Origin: an uncultured delta proteobacterium
GTDB taxonomy: Bacteria; Desulfobacterota; BSN033; UBA1163
Direction: 5' to 3'
DNA: 64,000 bases
NCBI GenBank assembly: GCA_963827685.1
Contig: CAWHBU010000004.1
Location: 576,001 to 640,000 of the forward strand
Every line of letters begins with the position of its first letter. Position 1 is the first letter of the stretch. Of this stretch, positions 60,580-64,000 are shown in pieces. Position numbers and translations under genes: made by a program. Below the pieces are notes generated by a model. That model did not search any database and was not told where the DNA came from. It saw only the letters and a list, made by a program, of their open reading frames with translations.

Positions 60580-60880
60580 CTATTGAATTGTAATGTTTAC
60601 TACTGTGGTCCCAGTCCTTGATCGGCGCGAAGATTCTGAGAAGACCGCTTTCATATTTGGCCTCTGTCTTTTCAGGCACGACTTCATGGGCCAAGTTGAA
60701 GCAACCCGAGTATTCCGTGTCTTCGCCCCGGAGGGCTGAGATACAAAAACTATCTCTTCTCATCTCGAGTGAGATATCTTTTTTATCGACACCCGGCATT
60801 TCCATATCGACTCTGAGGCGTCCGCCCTGATCGTCATGAGAAAAACAGGCGCACGGCGTTATTCTTATTCTGTTGTCCAT
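60580..60880 (-). CDS. Small heat-shock (Hsp20/alpha-crystallin) protein; apparent 1-nt frameshift near the 3' end
   Basis: EMPGVDKKDI and AKYESGLLRI motifs. Likely native tail VNITIQ* is out of frame at ~60600. Confidence 0.8.
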
Positions 60881-61027
60881 ATAAACACCTCCCCTCTTTG
60901 TTTAAAAGATAATCATGGAGCTTAAAAAATTCAAGATGAATGGAAAGGGAATTTATGATATAAAAATAGTTAATTACCCTCCTGCGGTAGGCAGGGATAG
61001 GGGAAACCTTTTTAAGGAGGTTAACAT

Positions 61028-61432
61028 ATGGAATGGCTAAAGGGCTTCGGTGTTTTGTTCGGAAGAGTTCTTGTCGTCTTAATTTTTCTTCAGTCGGGGA
61101 TGGGGAAGATTGAGAATTTCCAAGGAACGGCACAATACATGGCCAGTCATGGCATTGCGCCTTATACCAATTTCTTCCTTGTTGGCGCGATCTTTTTTGA
61201 ACTGGTTGGCGTCATCACGTTGGTATTGGGGTATTATGCCCGGTTTGGGGCAATGCTGCTCCTCATTTTTCTAGTCCCCACCACTATCATCTTTCATACC
61301 AATTTTGCCCAACAAGGCCAGATGATTCACTTTATGAAGAATGTGAGCATGTTTGGGGGACTTCTGATCCTTCTCGCAGTGGGAGCAGGCCGATTCAGTT
61401 TGGATTACTTTTTCAGGAGCGGAAAAAAATGA
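61028..61432 (+). CDS. DoxX-family membrane protein
   Basis: GR...IF..SG..K, E..G..L.LG...R, FH and FMKN...GG motifs. Confidence 0.9.
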   Translation: MEWLKGFGVLFGRVLVVLIFLQSGMGKIENFQGTAQYMASHGIAPYTNFFLVGAIFFELVGVITLVLGYYARFGAMLLLIFLVPTTIIFHTNFAQQGQMIHFMKNVSMFGGLLILLAVGAGRFSLDYFFRSGKK

Positions 61433-61433
61433 G

Positions 61434-62462
61434 ATGAGCGGGAAGCGTCTGCAAGTCTGGTGGAAGGCCGTTCGGTTTCATTTCACCTCAGCCAGTTTCA
61501 TGCCAGGGATACTGGGTGGGATGATTGCCTGGACCAATGACGGAAAATTCCTTCCGGGATATTTCCTTCTGGTGATGCTCGGACTTCTCCTGAACCACAT
61601 GGCTTTGAACATGACGGATGATTATTATGATTTCCGCCATTTGGTGGATGTCTTTGCCACCAGCGGGAAGAATCCTTATACGGGAGGGAGCGGGCTTCTC
61701 TCTTCAGGTTTGATTCAACCTCATCAGATGCGCAATGTTTTTATCACCTTTTACATCATCGCCATCGGGATCGGTGTTTTTCTGGGTATCCAGAGAGGGG
61801 CCTTTATCTTTCTTCTTCTAGGCATTGGTTTTTTCTGTGCCTATTTCTACACGGCCCCACCCATTCGATTTGGTTATCGTGGGCTGGGCGAATTGGCACA
61901 GCTTCTCTGTTTTGGTCCAGGCATTGGCATTGGGGCTTATTATGTCCAGGCTCAAAGAATTTCGTGGGAGGCTTTCTGGGGGACACTTCCCTTTGGGATC
62001 ATGCTCTTTTCGATGATTACCATCAATGAGATTCCTGATTATTTCGAAGACCGAAAGGGAGGGAAGCTAAACTTGGTGGCTCGTTTCGGCAGGGAGGCGG
62101 GCGTCTGGTTATTTGCGGTGAGTCTCCTCTCGGCTTATGCAGCGATCCTCATCGGAGTGATCGTGGGAAGCATTCCTGTTCTGGGATTAATCTCTTTGCT
62201 GACGCTTCCGATTGCGTTCAAGACGATCTCCACATTAAGATCTCATTACCAAGAACCTATCCAGATGGCGCCTGCGAATCTGGGGATGATTTGTACCCAC
62301 AATTTTACTGCCATCTTACTCATCTTCGCCTACTTTGTCACAGGGTTTAGACCTGATGCTCTGGTCGAATCGTTCCTTCCCTTAGCCACCGTTATTATTC
62401 TTTACGTTCCTATTGGAAGACTGGTTGGGAGAGCTGTGTTTTCTCGGCCCTCTCCCCCTTGA
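61434..62462 (+). CDS. menA: MenA-like UbiA prenyltransferase
   Basis: NMTDDYYD, YTAPP..GYRGLGE and NEIPD..ED..GGK motifs; multi-TM. Confidence 0.85.
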   Translation: MSGKRLQVWWKAVRFHFTSASFMPGILGGMIAWTNDGKFLPGYFLLVMLGLLLNHMALNMTDDYYDFRHLVDVFATSGKNPYTGGSGLLSSGLIQPHQMRNVFITFYIIAIGIGVFLGIQRGAFIFLLLGIGFFCAYFYTAPPIRFGYRGLGELAQLLCFGPGIGIGAYYVQAQRISWEAFWGTLPFGIMLFSMITINEIPDYFEDRKGGKLNLVARFGREAGVWLFAVSLLSAYAAILIGVIVGSIPVLGLISLLTLPIAFKTISTLRSHYQEPIQMAPANLGMICTHNFTAILLIFAYFVTGFRPDALVESFLPLATVIILYVPIGRLVGRAVFSRPSPP

Positions 62463-62518
62463 GGGGAGAGGGATGGCGTGAGGAATGGGGAACGATGGAC
62501 TCGAAAGGAGGAAATGGA

Positions 62519-62788
62519 ATGGAAAAGGAGTTTTACTTGTTAGAGTTCACCGGATCGGAGTGACCGCACTGCCACAAGATGACTCCTCTCGTGGAGAGGT
62601 TAGAGGAAGAAGAAGGGGTAAGCATAGGAAAACTTGAAGTGTGGCATAACGAAGCCAATGCCAAGCTGATGAGGGAATATGACAAGGGCTATTGTGGTGG
62701 CGTCCCATTTTTTTTCAATAAGAAAACGGGAAAGTGGATCTGTGGCTCCGCAGACTACGAACGATTGAAGAAGTGGGCACTGGAATGA
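62519..62788 (+). CDS. Thioredoxin-fold selenoprotein (U-P-H-C), Sec at TGA 62561-62563
   Basis: AGGAGG RBS, ATG 62519, MEKEFYLLEFTGSE-TGA-PHCHKM in frame with the 69-aa ORF, GVP cis-Pro motif, downstream hairpin. Confidence 0.85.
62585..62599 (+). promoter_or_regulatory. Candidate bacterial SECIS hairpin
   Basis: CCTCTC-GTG-GAGAGG; the G-initiated loop begins 27 nt after the UGA. Confidence 0.6.
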
Positions 62789-62867
62789 TTGCGGATTGCG
62801 AATTGCGGATTTCGGATTGAGAAATTCCTTAAGCCGTAATTCCCAAATTCCTAAGTTCCTAAATCCA
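62787..62867. repeat. Degenerate 7-8-mer tandem repeats
   Basis: GATTGCG GATTGCG AATTGCG GATTTCG GATTGAG, then AATTCCC/AAATTCCT units. Similar tracts at several other intergenic sites. Confidence 0.7.
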
Positions 62868-62879
62868 AGAGGAGAAACC

Positions 62880-63953
62880 ATGGGTCTCATGGAAGATTAT
62901 CATCCGCTCAAGGGAAAGATGTTTCAGATCCTAAAACCTGACGGGTCGCTCCAGCCCGGGGAAAAATCTCCGCTCAATGACCAGGAAACATTCCATCTCT
63001 ATCAGAAGATGCTCTTTATCCGACTGGCGGATCAGAAGGCGTTAATGCTCCAGAGACAGGGTCGGATGGGAACCTATGCGCCCATTTGGGGCCAGGAGGC
63101 CTGTCAGGTCGGGAGTGCGTCCATGCTCAAAAAGGGGGATTGGGTCTTTCCCGCCTTTAGAGAGTTAGGGGCAGCCTTGATGATGGAGATTCCACTGAAA
63201 ACAATCTTTCTTTATTGGATGGGATATGAAGAAGGGAGCCGTGCTCCGGAAGGGATCAATGTCCTGCCTGTCTCAATCCCGGTGGGGACCCATCTACTTC
63301 ATGCAGTGGGAGTGGGCTGGGCAGCCAGGCTCAAGGAAGATAAGATCGTGACCATTGCCTACTTCGGAGACGGTGCAACCTCCAAAGGCGATTTTCATGA
63401 AGCGATGAATTTTGCAGGTGTGTTTAAGACCCCGACCATCTTTTTCTGTCAAAATAACCAATTCGCTATCTCCGTTCCGAGGAAGATGCAGACTGCCTCA
63501 AAGACAATAGCCCAGAAGGCCATTGCCTATGGGATGGATGGAATTCAGGTAGACGGCAATGATCTCTTTGCTGTCATTGCAGCAACGAAGGAGGCCGTGG
63601 AAAAGGCACGTTCCGGAGGAGGACCGACATTGATCGAAGGCGTTACCTTCAGGTTCGGACCTCATACCACAGCAGACGATCCAACCAAATACCGAACAGA
63701 AAAAGAGATCGATCCGTGGAAACCACTTGACCCAGTGGTCAGGTTGAGATTTTATCTCAGAGAAAAGGGACTCTGGAGTGAAGAGATTGAACAACGATTG
63801 ACTGAAGAAGCTCAGAAGGAGATTGATCAGGCAGTAAAGGATGCGGAGGCTGTTCCAGCACCAGCGCTAGACGAAATCTTTACATCCGTTTTTGCCGAGA
63901 TGACACCACAGTTGAAGGAACAAATGGAATATTTGAAATCGACTTTGGCATGA
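62880..63953 (+). CDS. pdhA: Pyruvate/2-oxoacid dehydrogenase E1 alpha subunit
   Basis: LQRQGR, GQEA, GDGATS...NN TPP motif and PHTTADDP. Confidence 0.92.
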   Translation: MGLMEDYHPLKGKMFQILKPDGSLQPGEKSPLNDQETFHLYQKMLFIRLADQKALMLQRQGRMGTYAPIWGQEACQVGSASMLKKGDWVFPAFRELGAALMMEIPLKTIFLYWMGYEEGSRAPEGINVLPVSIPVGTHLLHAVGVGWAARLKEDKIVTIAYFGDGATSKGDFHEAMNFAGVFKTPTIFFCQNNQFAISVPRKMQTASKTIAQKAIAYGMDGIQVDGNDLFAVIAATKEAVEKARSGGGPTLIEGVTFRFGPHTTADDPTKYRTEKEIDPWKPLDPVVRLRFYLREKGLWSEEIEQRLTEEAQKEIDQAVKDAEAVPAPALDEIFTSVFAEMTPQLKEQMEYLKSTLA

Positions 63954-64000
63954 AGACGTAAATCGTGGGGCGTAAAAGGTAAGGTGTAAAATCTAAAATC

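Noticed and set aside
1-64000. CRISPR array, tRNA, rRNA, prophage
   Set aside because: No regularly spaced repeats, cloverleafs, rRNA-like tracts or phage genes were recognised by eye.

Overview
A 64-kb, gene-dense bacterial segment. Gene content points to a strict anaerobe of Desulfobacterota/deltaproteobacterial type (inference). It holds: (i) a corrinoid methyl-transfer locus (two B12-binding proteins, GntR/UTRA regulator, LIV-type ABC importer, UroD/MtaA-family methyltransferase); (ii) a large acyl-CoA catabolic region with five acyl-CoA dehydrogenases, two CoA ligases, two crotonases, two 3-hydroxyacyl-CoA dehydrogenases, a thiolase, two more LIV transporters and TetR/IclR/sigma54 regulators; (iii) two electron-exit modules, Acad-HdrA-HdrD-like-EtfBA (no MvhD) and sigma54-driven Acad-EtfBA-FixCX; (iv) glk-pgi; (v) IS630 and IS200-type elements; (vi) a doxX-menA-thioredoxin-pdhA run. 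Signals the ORF track misses: a UxxC selenocysteine thioredoxin-fold gene with a SECIS-like hairpin (62519-62788), an amber codon at a conserved Tyr of hbd, several genes collapsed by internal deletion, a ~240-bp multi-stem structured element, nested REP/MITE-like repeats, and single-base homopolymer frameshifts that may be sequencing errors. No rRNA, tRNA or CRISPR array was recognised. All calls come from motif reading, not database searches.
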